NCBI GenBank assembly: GCA_051294375.1
Contig: JBJCIZ010000282.1
Location: 397,083 to 461,082, forward strand
DNA: 64,000 nucleotides
Origin: Paraspadella gotoi
Taxonomy: Eukaryota; Animalia; Chaetognatha
Reading direction: 5' to 3'
Part shown: positions 50,260-63,960 of the stretch, in pieces
Numbering within the stretch: the stretch's first letter is position 1
Layout of the letters: each line of letters starts with the position of its first letter
Program-made: the position numbers and the translations under genes
Notes under the pieces: model-generated
Told to the model about the DNA's origin: nothing
Seen by the model: only the letters and a program-made list of their open reading frames with translations
Databases searched by the model: none

Positions 50260-52502
50260 TCTGGCGATGGAACCCGCTGACCAACCCGACCTTAGGGTCA
50301 TGGGAACGTCAGCAGCAACCAGCCAGAGGAATGTGGCGTCGGAACCCGCCGGCCAACCCGACCATTGCGTCAGAGGAAAGCCGGAGGCAACCAGCCAGAG
50401 GAGTGTGGCGTCGGAAACCGCTGGCCAACCCGACCTCAGGGTCATGGGAAAGCCGACGGCAANNNNNNNNNNNNNNNNNNNNNNNNNGACGCAAACCAGC
50501 CAGAGGATATTACGGCGCCGGAAACCGTTCGACCAACCGAATTTCGTTGTTAAGGGAAGTCGGTCCGCGCAACCAGCCATCTCGCGCTGCCAAAGAATGT
50601 TTAGAAAGAATGTGCAGGCCATCCCTTCCGCGCCGCGCCGCCATGCCAGCGTGAAAGAGAGTAAGCAAGGTGTGCGCGCACTCCGAGGCGCCGGCGGGTG
50701 CCAGCTCAAGGGGAGCACAATTTTATCAAACCGGACGAAAGACTTCACTTTGATGTTGACTTTGCCACCACGCTCAGAACAGATGTGGGCGTTGGCGGTC
50801 AAGATTCAGAGAACAAATGGAGCGAGGTCGCCACGCGCACAGCTTAAGCATCGTTGAAACGCGTATTTGAATGACTCACCACTCAAAGAAATACGAAGAT
50901 ACAAATGGAAACCGTGAGCAAAACAATATCAAAAGTTGCGAAACGCGCAGCGCCAGAAGAGCCCTGTCTTCAATAGTCTGCATATCCGGGGAGCAATGTA
51001 GAACGAATGCGCTGAAATGGTGACCATCCGTCGCCTGAGGACCAAGCGAAGAAATGGAATCAACAAGGAAACGAACAAGAACAAAAACATAAGAACATCG
51101 AACAAAGACCAAGAACAAAAACAAGAACGAGCAGATGAACATCCCGAAATTGGAACGACAAAATCGACAACCCCATCTGGACAACGAAAACCGACGACGA
51201 TTATCAAACAATTAGAAGATGAAGAAGAAAATGCTTGCCGTCCCCGCCAGGAGAGGAAGCTTTGAATTTGAACCTTGCGCCAAGAAGAGGAAAGTGTCCA
51301 TTCTGAGCAGTATGGTATTGAATGAAACAAAAAAGAAATCGATGAAAAAATTGATGCAACTATAGACCTTAATGAAACAATGTTATGCATAAGCAGTATA
51401 AAAAAGGAATAACTTCTGACAATAACAAAATTAGACAACAATCAATGCATATATAAAAGGATAAAAATCAAGAAACAACAAAACAAAGAAATACAGAAAA
51501 ACAGAACAAATTAGAAAACAAGAAATTACACGGAAATACGAATAGGAAAAATAGACAAATATAACAATAGAAACAAGATTAAAAAGGAACTAAGGATTGA
51601 CATTGAAATAAAACCAAACAAATAGAAAAACATAACAATTATTAATCAATTAACACTTTAAAATTTTGGCGGTTATTCTTCCAAGATAACCCAATGAATG
51701 AATGAACAAATGAACGAACGAACAAATGAATGAATTGAATAGTATGATACGAATCAATGAGTGTATGCGAATTATTTTTCCTCAACCCCTCAAACAGTCT
51801 CTTCAGGAACCAAGATGTATCGAACGATAGAACAAGATGAAGATCATCGCGAAACTCCATCTCTGAAACAAAAGACATGAAGAAGTAAATAGGGGTGTGA
51901 TAGGTTAGATTCGTGCATGATTACCGTCGGTCCTGCGCGGCATAGAGACGGTCTGCTTAGGTCTTAGGAGCCCTAGAGCGAGGCGGGCGGTGACAGAAAA
52001 AAAGGCCGAGACCGGACGGAGACGGCCAGACTGACCATATCGAAACCGATTGACGATCCGACCGCGACAGGGACTGCACCGGACTCTTCTACCAACTCTT
52101 TCTCTTCCTTTTCTCCTTACTCTTATCTCTCTCCCTCTCATCTCTAAACTTACTTGGAACGAGCTCCAGACAAGACCAAATACAGATTCACTGGATCACT
52201 CCTAGCACCGACAACTACTTTCTATACAAAGTTTCCTAACTACGTTTTACTGGAAGCATTCTTCTACGATTATTGGATTTCTTCTATCGACATTTGATTC
52301 CATCATTTGATTTACTCGATTTTCTACGGACTTTTGTCTTGATTTATTTACATTTATTTACTTTGATTCCCGCCATTTTTTCCTTCCGACATTTTCGAGC
52401 TTCAGTTACACAAACTGTTTTGGGATACTTTTCGTCAGATTACGTGCGACCTAGTGACCGATTCTCACCTCAAGAGGCGTAGAGAGCAAGGCCTTCTCTA
52501 CA
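50260..52502 (+). mobile_element. 3' portion of an LTR retrotransposon, LTR 51896-52502
   Basis: ~70-bp tandem repeats at 50265-50530. Purine tract ...AAATAGGGG, then TG...CTCTACA. Homologous to 58490-61160. Confidence 0.65.
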
Positions 52503-52614
52503 CTCCTCTCTCTATCTGTTTTTTTTTTTTTTAATTTTTAGTCACTTTTTTTTCACCACCGGTCACCGGCGACGAGTAAACGAGTTCCGCGCTCTGCGGC
52601 GTCAGTTTCAGCTA

Positions 52615-52647
<33 letters not shown>

Positions 52648-54208
52648 CTCTCTGTACCGATCTCTTTGTGCGATTGTTTCGTTTTTTTGAAGAAAAATTC
52701 GGTATTATTTTTCCTTTTAAAAAACTTTTATTATTGCCATTTTTATACAAATCCCAATTTATCCTGAGATTTTCGTTTTACATTTTAGATAAAGTGAAGA
52801 ATACCTTATAATGACATACAACTGTCACATGTGCATCAGCTAATGTTGACAGGTTTAGGCCTATTACCTGTATGTATGTATGCTAGGCGAGTCTTACGTC
52901 GTTCTTAGAAATCGAGGAAAGACTTTTCAAGGAGATTTCGTTAAAATCTTGACTACCAAAAATAATGTCAAACGCCCTGGAAAATCCAGATAAAAAATAG
53001 ATGTACAAAAACACTTGATTCGCATCCCTGTTACATCTCTAAGGGCTCGGCATTTTTTTCTCTTGATTAAATAACCATCTTTTGACATCAAACCATCAGG
53101 ATTCAAATGGACTGGTCGCTCGGAAAATATTTTCCACGTGATTTTTATTATATTAAAATTAAAGCGATTTCTTCACTTCAATACAAGTCACGCATTTAAG
53201 GGTATGTTGTCATTTACAATAAACTTCACAATTCAAGCGCAATCAGATAGCCATATGTCTGAAGGGCTCGCAAAAATTTCTTCTTTCAGTTGTTATCTTT
53301 CAGTCATTTACATATCTAATGGTTCAGGTTAAAGTGAATAGTCAGTTATTATCGCGAAATTTTTTATTTAACATACATATTTAACTATAAAATTAAAGAA
53401 GAGAAGAATGAAATTCATTTATTTAATACGAATAAAGGAAAAATCTTTTTCATCAGCGTTACTTAGCAAAAACGATGTTCTTTTTTTTCCTTGTTTCTTG
53501 AATTCAGCTGAACAAGTGCAGCAGCGGCTCCGGGACACTCTTAAAGCCGACAAGCAGCAGTGGCCAGAGTTGCAGAGCAGCATTAATCGCGCCCTTGCGA
53601 CATGCCGGATCAAGGATCGGCATCGGTTCATTCCGGGCCGAGTCTCAACTGCGCGGTCAAAGAATATTTTGGTCTCCTTGCAGTCAATTTGACAAATGTA
53701 TCACGATGAGGTCATGGCTTGAATGAAGAAGTGGCACGGAAGATCCGGATTTCTTTTCTCGACGAACCCGCCGAATTTGTCCGGACTGCCGCCCGATTTG
53801 CCGACGCGGCCGTTGCTTGCACAAGCCCTGCAGTGCCGCAGATTAGGATTGGCCTGCCACGGTCAACGGGAGCACCCAAGAGCTTTATCAATTTTAAGCG
53901 TTGAGAACAGTAATAAATTAGAGTTCGTGTAATATATCCCTGTGGGATAACGAAATTTTGCGATCCCCGAGAGCTTGAATTTCCCTCTGCAGGCGTTATG
54001 GGAAAACGAAGAGAAGAAGAGGAAAAGTTAAAATTTCCGTTCTTACGCCAAAAAAAATTATAAGACACGTAAAAACAATGCATGTTTTTTAAGCTTCACG
54101 AGCTAAGGATTTTTTTTAATTACTTTAAAAAAATTTAATTATTATATTTTTTTTTCATTGCATTGATAGATATTTACAAAATAACTGTTTTTTATTTGTA
54201 ATAACCTC

Positions 54209-54895
54209 TATTGGTGAGACTAAAACCCACCAATCCGTGCATCAGCGGCCATTGGTGCCGCGAGGCAAGTTCATTCGCCTCCCAACCAGAAGTCCGGGGT
54301 TCTAGCCCGGTGGTCGTCTGGCAAGTTAGAGGACGACGGGGCGGCTTAACCCGCTGACAGTGTGTTACAGCCTGCATCCGTAAGCTCAGGACTGCTTATA
54401 TTGAACGGTTCATATCGCTAACTTCATTAACAAAATTACTGTCTTCTTCATTGGTGAGCCCGACTTCTGAACAAACAACAGCAACAACGAACACTTCATG
54501 GCGACATAGCCTCACCTGGATGCACTTTCCGCCCTCAACACATCAGGCGGACATGCCTCAACTTGGTGATGGCACTTTCCACCAACAACAAACAATTCTC
54601 ACTGAAGAGACGCAACAGACATCTTTACCTACGGACGAGCGGGGGATGTATGGTGGACTAAAACCACAACCGTTCATCAGCCCGGCCATTGTGCGGATGG
54701 CAAGTCATTCGCCTTTCCCAACCCAAAGGCTCCGGGTTCTAGCCCGCGTGGTCGTCTGGCAGTTAAAGAGGGACGGGAGCGCTTAACCGCCTGTAACATG
54801 TGTTACAGCCTGCATCCCGAAGCTCAGATGGATCTGCTTATATCTGAACGCGTTTCTATCGCTAACTCATAACTAATAATTACTTGTCTCTTGCA
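54209..54895 (+). mobile_element. Complete TRIM with tRNA-like sequence in both LTRs (Helenus-like)
   Basis: TSD CCTC (54205-54208, 54896-54899); LTR1 54209-54450; PBS TGGTGAGCCCGAC at 54452; PPT GAGCGGGGGA ending 54646; LTR2 54649-54895; tRNA-Gly(CCC)-like core at 54245-54317. Confidence 0.85.
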
Positions 54896-56494
54896 CCTCG
54901 ATCATTTAATAATTCGATTGTTTGTGTTTCTTGTTTTTTTTTATCATTCATCAACAGTTTATATGTTTATTTAGGAAATATTTGGATACTAACTTTTAAA
55001 GATAGAGAGAGAGGAAATTAACTTTGATAATCTCTCACCCTCTGTCCGAGATTATTAACTGACCATTTTAATTCATAGATTAGAAAACTCTGTTCACTTG
55101 TGTAAATATTATGTATTATATCTTTTTAGAAATTTATTAATATTTAAATATATATTATTTTTTGAAATGTCTAAATTATTTGTATATTTAAGCCGCAAAC
55201 TTAATTTTAAACTTTAACTCTAATTTACCGCTAAACTTCCCCTAAACCCAAACTTTACAACCTAACCTAAAACTTACCTCTACCCTAACCTTACCCCTTT
55301 CACCCTAAACTTAACCCCTAAACTTAACTTTACCCCAAGCTTTTTTTTAACCTTAATTTAGTTTTTTCTAGTTAATTTACACTTATCTTAATTATTCTTA
55401 ACCATAATTTATTGTACCTTAATTTTTACCCAAATATATAAATTGCGTGCTACCAATTTCATATAACAAAATAAAAAATATAAAAAAATTTATATCCTGA
55501 TTCCTTTATTTTTTTTTCCCAAAACGTTTATCCTCTTCCGTTCCATTTCGTTCCTCTTCTTTTTTCCCTTAGGCCGATTTTATGGTATTTAGTTTATAAG
55601 TTTAAAAAAAGTGTTCAATTTTGGCCCGCGCCTACTAATATATTATAATATATACTTAGACAACATTTGAATCCGACAATATTTTACTTGCATAACCAGC
55701 TCGGGGGGATGCATTTCTGTTCGTTTTTCCAAGCTCTTCCAAGCTCTCTAAAAAAGTTTTATTTAAAAAAAAACTTTACGCCCGAGCCAAGGGGTGTGAA
55801 AAACCAAAAATGATTCACCATTTCTTAGTATTTTTTTAGATTTTTTCAGTTAACTTTTTAATTTATAATAATCATTTAATCAAGTTAATTACTTAAGATA
55901 AAGATTTTAATTTATTCCTATTTAACTTCTTTTAAAACATTCATTAAAAATATAGTTTTTAGCTTAAAGCCAAGCGTGTTGGAAAGGGTAAAATGTTTAA
56001 AAAAGTTAATTTTTATATTTAAAAATCATAATTTACTGTTTTTTTAAAGATAATATATTTTTAATTCATGGCTAATGAAAAATATTTGGATTATTTTAAA
56101 TTGGTTTAAGTTAATCAATTTAATATTTATTTTAAGAACTTGACGCTGATGAAGGCTCAAATTTTGAGGCGAACATCTTAATAATAAAATTCGTGCCAAA
56201 ATTAAATTATCGTCTCCTTAAATAATTTTTTTTTAAACTGAAAACCCTAAAAACTTTATAATCCAAAACAATTAATTTTAATTTTTAATCGCATAATAAA
56301 ATTGTTATAAGATAAAAATTATTTAAATAATAATTCAAATATTTTACTGAAAAAATAATTAATAATAATAATAATAATATTAAATAATTAATTTTTTACT
56401 AAAAATAATTTTATTTTTTAAAAAAAAATTATTTATATCTGCATATCACATTTTGTGCTGGATAAGAATAATAGTATGCTTTAATTCTATATAT

Positions 56495-56739
56495 TGAAGA
56501 GACAGTAATTATGGATATATGGTTAGTGAGCAGAAACCGTTCAATGTAAGCAGTCCCTAGCTTTTGCGCATCAGGCGGTAGAACCCACCATGCTTACAGG
56601 GGGGTTTAAGCGCCCCCGTCCCTCTTAACTGCCAGACACCACCGGGCTAGAACCTCCGGACCTTTAGATTGGGAGGGCGAATGACTGTCCTCCGGCCAAT
56701 GGCCGCTGATGAACGGTTGGTTGATTTTAGTCCACCATA
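56495..56739 (-). mobile_element. Second solo LTR of the tRNA-containing TRIM
   Basis: Same termini as 9425-9660; flanks ATAT/TTAT (4-bp TSD with one mismatch). Confidence 0.75.
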
Positions 56740-57074
56740 TTATAAAAAATATAATTAATGGTTTTGAACCTTTTTTATTAAACAATTTGTTTATCAAAGG
56801 AAGCTTTTTCTCACCTTAATCTAAAAACACAAGGAAACAGAAAGTTATTGATTTATAAAAGATTTCATTAAAAAGAATATATCTATTTTTTAATCGAAGA
56901 AAGCTTCAAAAGCATAAAAAAACTTTCATGTTGGGAATATATACCTTTTATAGTCCGCCTTAAATTAATTTAATTAATTAATTAATTAAATTAATTCATA
57001 AATTCATTTAGGATACTATTTTACTATTGAAAAATTGTAAGATTTACTTGTTTTACTAAATTTACTTAGAGGCA

Positions 57075-57945
57075 AAATGGGTTTAATTCACAAACGAATT
57101 TTTATTTTCACTAGAAAAACGTACAATGTTCGGCTCTTGAATGCAGAGCGTCAATGAAATGTTGAAATTTGGACAGTTTTTGTATTTTTTATGTGAAAGA
57201 AGGGGGGAGAGAGAGAGAGAGAGAGAGAAATAGGGCCCAAAGTTTTCCAACACAGAGTTTGAAAAAGAATAGTGGTCAAGTGGTGAGGGACAGGTTCTAG
57301 AATTGAGGACAGATAGAGATTTAGTTTTGAATTAAGAAATGAAATGGTCAAGAGTGAGAGAGATTGAAAGAAAGAGAGAGAGAGAAGGGAGAGAGAAAAT
57401 AATAATACATTTTCAAATGTTACACAATTAAAGTTTTTAAAACTAAATAACAGGCATTAACAATTAACTACTTAATAGATAAAATAAATAAATAACTGAA
57501 TGTTTAGTGAAGTGAATAAATGAAATGTGAAAGTGAGAGATTATACATTTTAGTGTAAAGATAAATTGTAATAAAGTTAGAAAACTAGAGTTAAATAGGC
57601 TCAAAGTGTGCCACCATCGCCCGAAGCCTCTCATTTGCTCCAAGACCAACTCTTCGTCTCAATCTCTCTCACTCTGACCATTTCATTTCTTATTCAAAAC
57701 TAAAATCTTCTATCGTCCTCATTCTTAACCTGTCCTCACCACTTGACCACTATTCTTTTCTCAACTCTGTGGAAACTTTGCCCTATTTTCTCTCTCTCTC
57801 CCTTCTTTCACAACAAAAAACTGTCCAAACTTTCACCAATCATTGACGCTGAAGAAGGCTTGCATTCAACATTGAAATTCAGAAGCCGGAAACATGTACG
57901 TTTTTCTTTATGAAATAAAATTCGTTGTGAATTAAAACCATTTGC
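57075..57945. mobile_element. Penelope-like inverted pLTR pair
   Basis: ~57075-57367 is a diverged reverse complement of ~57657-57945. The right arm has a hammerhead motif; the left arm copy is partly deleted. Confidence 0.7.
57845..57902 (+). ncRNA. Hammerhead ribozyme motif
   Basis: GACG-CTGAAGA-A-GGCTT...AAGCC-(G)GAAA-CATG-TA/CGTT, with one extra G before GAAA. Confidence 0.6.
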
Positions 57946-58489
57946 CTTCCTAAATACATATAACAACAGAAAAAGAAAAGCGTTGATTACCACTATTACT
58001 AAATTTACTAAATTACTATGTAATGCAGCTTACAGTATTTTAATAATGAGTAAGACTTTTTTACCCTTTTCCTGTTCAGCATTTAATCTTAGCTCAAATG
58101 TATTTAGCCTCAAATAGGGCGACCTCAAAGAGGGACTAGCCCCAGTCCTAAAACCCAAGTTTGGAAGCTTTCCAATTAACCATAGTTACAGTTATGAACA
58201 AAAATTTGTTAGACTTCTTCACCCAAGGATGTACGCACTTGCCCTCCCTGGAGAGGCCGTAAAAGCCTCAGAATGCCCAGTATATGTCGAGAATTAGACT
58301 TCTTCTACGTTTGGTTTATATTTCATTATAAATTTTATTGATATCCTTCAAACGGCCTTCAGAGATTAGCGCGTTAGATTTGTAAAGATAGAAAAATTTT
58401 TATGGTTTTGCCTTCAAAACCCTTTGTAACTGATCAATTTTGGCCTGCCTACTGATCATCCCCAAATATCCCAGATGGCTCCAAATCTC

Positions 58490-60812
58490 CTAAAGACAAA
58501 GAAAAACGAAACAAGAAACAAATAGAAAAACAGGAAATACAACAAACCGAACAAAAAATAAACAAAAAAGTAACCAACAGAAACAAGACAAATGAAACTT
58601 AAGATAATACAAAAAATGAACAAACATTGAAACTTAACTAATTTATCGAAATACATGCAAATTTTGGCCGGTTATTCTTACCAAGATAACCCAAATGAAC
58701 AAATGAACAAATGAACGAATGAACGAACGAAAAAATGAACGAATGAATCGATGAACGAATGAATGAATGTATGAATATCTTTCCTCAACCCCTCAAACAG
58801 CTCTTCAGGAAACAAGATGTCATCGAACGAAGAACAAGATGAAGATCATCGGAAAATCCATCTACGAAACAAGAAGATATNNNNNNNNNNACAAATGGAA
58901 CGGGTTGCGCGCGCACAAAAGATCGACTCGGCGTGAAAGAAAATACGAAGATACAAAATGAAACGAGAGAACAACAAAATCCAAAAGTTTGGAAACGCAG
59001 CGCCAGAAGAGCCCGTCTTCCAAAGTCTTGATATCCGGGAAAATGTAGAATGAATGCGTGAAACGGTGACCATCCGTGGCGAGGACCCAAGCGAAGAAAT
59101 GGATCAACAAGAAAATGAACAAGAACAAAAACAAGAACATGAACAAAGACGAACAAAATCAAAAACGAGAACGAACACCCCGAAATTGGAACGACAGAAT
59201 CGACGATCCATCTGACAACAAAAACGACGACGATTATCAAACAATAGAAGATGAAGAAGAAATGCTTGGTCCCCAGCCACGGAGAGGAAAGCCATTGAAT
59301 TTGAACCTTGGGCCAGAGAGGAAGATGTCCATACACTCTGGAGCAGTATGACGTATTAAGGCGTAGATAAAAAATTCCTAAGTTTAAACTTTTAATTCAA
59401 AATTCTAAAAGTGAGGATACGAACAACATTAATCACTATATGAACCATTTAATAGTATTAAAAAAAAATCTATAATAATATAAATTTTACAATTTAACAC
59501 GCAGTAGGCCATATTTATACTAGTACTACCACTAAATGTTAAAATTTCAAAACAGTTTTTTCAAACAAATTTTTTTTGCAGATTTGATCGTCATAAAAAG
59601 TTGATAAAACAAGTAAATATAACTCTTTTTGGAAAAATCCTATCATTAAGTGGGCGTCAAAAAATTAGAAAAGGCTATATTTTAAACTGAAATTTAACTT
59701 TTAATACTATTAAACTATAGTTTTTATAATTTTTAACACTACTTAATGAAAAGAATTTTTAAAAATGAAATTATATTTTCGTTTATCAACTTTGTTGACC
59801 GAGGAATTCAAATCTGCCAATCAAAATTAAAAAAAAAGCCTATTTTGAAATTTTTCGATTTTATAGAAGGATACGTACTATATATAAATATAGCTAACTG
59901 CGAATTAAAAAAACATTAAATTAATTTTCTTTTTAACAAATTAATGTTCACGAAACTGATAGTAAGATTGTTCATAATTGACTTTAGAATTTTTGTTGTA
60001 ACCTTTCAACTTACCGCCTTAAATGCAGTATAGAATGTGAAAACAAAAAAGAAATCAATGAAAAATGATATATTATAGACCGAATGAAACAATATTATTT
60101 GCATAAAAATAACACTAGACAATAACGAAACAAATACAACCAAACACATATACGATGAAAAGAAAAAAACGAAACAAGAAAACAAAACAAGAAAACAAGA
60201 TAAACAACAACAACGAAAATACAACAAAGCCGAGACAAAAAAATAAACCAAGAAACTAGAAGTAACCAACAGAAACAAAACAGAAATGAAACTAAATAAC
60301 AGTTAGCAAATAACAAAAAAATAACAAACATTAAAACTATAACAAATATCGAAATACACGCAAAATTTGGCCGGTTATCTTACCCAGATAACCCAAATGA
60401 AACGAATGAACGAATGAACAGACAATGAACGAATCGAACAAAATGAACGAATGAATAGATGAACCGAATGAATGAATGTATGAATATCTTTCCTTAACCC
60501 CCTCAAACAGCTCTTCAGGAAACAAGATTGTCATCGAAACGAAGAAACAAGATGAAGACCATCGGAAATTCCATCTCGAACAATGAAGATATGAAGATGA
60601 ATAGGGGGTTGTAGGCTAGATTCGTATGATACCCGTCGGTCCTGCGCGGCATAGAGACGGTCTGCTTAGTCTTAGGAGCCTAGAGCCGAGGCGCGGGGTG
60701 AAGAGAAAAAGGCCGAGAACCAGACGGAGACGGCAGATCTGACCCATATTCGACCGATGAACAACGATCGACGCGCCAGAAAACTGACACGACTTCTTTC
60801 TCCACTCTTTCT

Positions 60813-60844
<32 letters not shown>

Positions 60845-61160
60845 AAACTTTACTTGGACGAGATCAGACAAGACTAATACAGATTCACTGGATCACTCTA
60901 GACCGACAACTACTTTCTTACAAAGTTTTCTACTACGTTTTTACTGAAGTTTTCTCTACGATTTATTGGATTTCTCTACGATTTAAAGATTCTTCTCGAT
61001 TTGATCTCGATTTTGCCTAGATTTTGTCTCGTTACCTACATTTATTACATTTATTCACATTTATTCCCGCATTTCTTCTTTTTCGACTTTTCGTCAGATA
61101 AGTTGCGACCAAGTGGACCATCTTCACCTCGAGAGGCATAGAGAGCCAAGCTTCTCTACA
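58490..61160 (+). mobile_element. Rearranged copies of the 50.3-52.5 kb LTR element, LTR 60610-61160
   Basis: ATAGGGGGT then TGTAG...CTACA. Internal blocks 58490-58880 and 60170-60590 duplicate ~51480-51880. Confidence 0.7.
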
Positions 61161-61958
61161 GTGAGAGAGTCTTGATTGAAAGCTTGCAGGGACCTGCTAT
61201 GTCATTATCTTGTAAGAGTGATGGAGGCCTTAAACCACCAAAGCCTGTCCAAAGTCAGGGGCAAGATAGCTTATTTATTAAATGAATGGATAATTTTTAT
61301 ATTGGTTGTACCAATTTCATAGAAAATGTAGTGTAGGAAAACAAGAAGTGAGTGCGCATTCAAACTCTGCAGAAATATTATTTTTCAAATACAATGTCGA
61401 ATTACATTTTACAATTTCATCTTACATTTTGGGCAGTTAGGGATTTTTACGTTTTTCCTCAAATTAATCTTGTTTCAAAAATTTGTAACGACGAATCGTC
61501 TTATGGCGCCTCAAGAATGGTTGTGAAGGTTTCAGTAACTAGGCAACTGAAATAAACAAATATTGATGACGCCGTAAGCAGCGCTAGTACGACTATGCAG
61601 TGCTATACAGCTATTCAGTAAATGTATGACTATTCTTTACACTTACAATTTTTCTTAGTAAAAGACTTTAAAAAATTGAAACAAGTCTAATTAAAATTTT
61701 ACTTGTTATTTGTTACCACAAAATATTGTTTAATATTATTCTAACAATGAATTACATGTCTAAAGAGAGTATTTTTATAAGTAATAACAAATGTAAAATT
61801 TCTAAAGGAACGAAGCGACGTGCACTCAAAACCAAAAGCGATCCGGGCTAAAAAAGTAAGGATTGCACCCAAAAACGGGAGCGGGAGGGGTCTCCGGAAG
61901 CGCCAGATTGGCAGCGATGGAAAATCGTTCACTTCCACATCTCTGGTCAAAACCATAT

Positions 61959-61999
61959 GCGCTGAAGAAGGTTCAAATTGTGAACCGAAACATGTCTGT
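61959..61999 (+). ncRNA. Minimal hammerhead ribozyme (Penelope type)
   Basis: GCG-CTGAAGA-A-GGTTCA(AATTG)TGAACC-GAAA-CATG-TC/TGT: perfect stem II, palindromic stem III, GUC triplet, weak stem I. Confidence 0.7.
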
Positions 62000-62131
62000 T
62001 TTATTATTAAATACAATTTGTTGTTGCTAATCATTTTTAAAACTTTTTCTTTAAATGAAAATAAATATTTATTTTGATCTGATCACGTTTTCATCAATAA
62101 ACTATAATTTCATTGAATTCTATATACTTAC

Positions 62132-62217
62132 CGGGCATTTGTTACAATAATTTGATCCAGCTTCACTTGCATAAAATCCCTCAAGACATGGTTTACAAGC
62201 AATTTTTCTAGTCGCAC
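62132..62217 (-). CDS. Small exon with one GCC2/GCC3 repeat (missed by the ORF track)
   Basis: TTTCTTTCAAG|GT GCG ACT... = ATRKIACKPCLEGFYASEAGSNYCNKCP|GTAAGT. Confidence 0.75.
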
Positions 62218-63309
62218 CTTGAAAGAAATAAAGTAACTTTTTAGTCAGATCTGCTTATGAGCAGATTCCAACTTTATAATTCACTTTGTCGATCCATCGG
62301 TCCCAGCCCAAAATCTTGTCAGTAAATCATTATTATCATATCAGAACCTTGAAATATGATAATTTTTTTAAAAAAATTTAAAAGAGAAGTGATCTCGCCA
62401 GACTGGAATCTAATTTGACGCCATTGATCAAATAACCTTGTTTCCAAACATAAAACATATTCTGACTAAATCTTGGAGCCATAAAATGAATCCACAAAAA
62501 TCTTGGATGTAAATTTGGGATTTTGTATTGAGAAAAAAGCGCGGAATAAATGGCGAAAATAAAAGTTTTTAGAAGGAAAAAAATAATCAGAGAGAGACAG
62601 AGAGAGAAAAAGATAGAGAGAAGCTGGACAGCCGCTGCAGAGCTGAACTCGTTTTTAGACGAAACTGAATAAGGACCAACTCCTTTCCTATCTATAAGTA
62701 AATATTTTAAAAAAATCTTAAAAACATAAGGATCGAGCCAGCTTTTGATGGTAACCAAATATTGCTGCAATGATAACCAAATATTGATGCGATGATAACC
62801 AAATANNNNNNNNNNNNNNNNNNNNNNNNNNNNNNNNNNNNNNNNNNNNNNNNNNNNNNNNNNNNNNNNNNNNNNNNNNNNNNNNNNNNNNNNNNNNNNN
62901 NNNNNNNNNNNNNNNNNNNNNNNNNNNNNNNNNNNNNNNNNNNNNNNNNNNNNNNNNNNNNNNNNNNNNNNNNNNNNNNNNNNNNNNNNNNNNNNNNNNN
63001 NNNNNNNNNNNNNNNNNNNNNNNNNNNNNNNNNNNNNNNNNNNNNNNNNNNNNNNNNNNNNNNNNNNNNNNNNNNNNNNNNNNNNNNNNNNNNNNNNNNN
63101 NNNNNNNNNNNNNNNNNNNNNNNNNNNNNNNNNNNNNNNNNNNNNNNNNNNNNNNNNNNNNNNNCGCCAATGAGACGCCTTATTAGGTCACTCATTTATA
63201 TAAATTTTAATCATAATTTTTAGAAAAAAATTCCACAAAAATGTCGGATGTAAATTTGAGATTTTGTATTGAGAAAAAAGCGCGGAATAAATGGCGATAA
63301 TAAAAGTTT

Positions 63310-63960
63310 TTAGTCGGATCTGCTTATCAGCAGATCCCGACTCTATAATTCACTTTGTCGGTTCGTCGGTCCCCCCCTCAATATTGTCGGGCACTAAATT
63401 ATATCATGTCAGAACATCGAATAATGATAAATTATGCAAAAAAAATTATGTCCGTCCGTCCGTCCGTCCGTCCCACCTTAGCAAAAAACACCAATTACTC
63501 GTGATTGGATGGATGGATTTGAATAAAATTTTGTGTGTGGATAGGTAAGTGTTTGATTGAGCTGGATATGAAGTTTCGACGGAATCGTCGCAGTGGAAAT
63601 GAGTTTAAATGGAAAAAACAAAAAAAATATATTCACTATTTGAACACCGAATGCTCATGAGTGGATGGGCTGATTGACCNNNNNNNNNNACTAAAATCTT
63701 TTTAATTATTTTAACCATTAAATACTCTAATTAATCATAATTGGATGGATATATTGAATTGAAATTTTGTGTGTGGGTAGGAAAATGTGTGACAAAGCTT
63801 GATATAAAGTTTCGGTGAAAACGTACCAGTGGAATTTAGTTTAAATGAAAAAAATATTAGTAGTTTATAGATTGAGATGAAATTTTGTGAGCCGGTAGGA
63901 AAGTGAGTGAAGAAGCTAGATATAAAGTTTTGACGGAATGCAAATTGTAAAAATGATGCA
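63310..63960 (+). mobile_element. DINE-1/HINE-like element, 5' part
   Basis: TAGTCGGATCTGC-TTATCA-GCAGATCCCGACT, (CCGT)n and central repeats. An opposite-strand family 3' end begins at ~63965. Confidence 0.75.

Noticed and set aside
55220-55360. Telomere-like CCCTAA/AACCT tract
   Set aside because: Highly degenerate and internal; more like a MITE-associated low-complexity tract.
58060-58490. Possible degraded exon, with 61161-61270, split by the LTR element
   Set aside because: Multiple stops in all frames and no recognisable motif.
62707-63223. ORFs spanning N runs, and (GA)n/(CT)n-derived ORFs elsewhere
   Set aside because: Artefacts of gaps and microsatellites.
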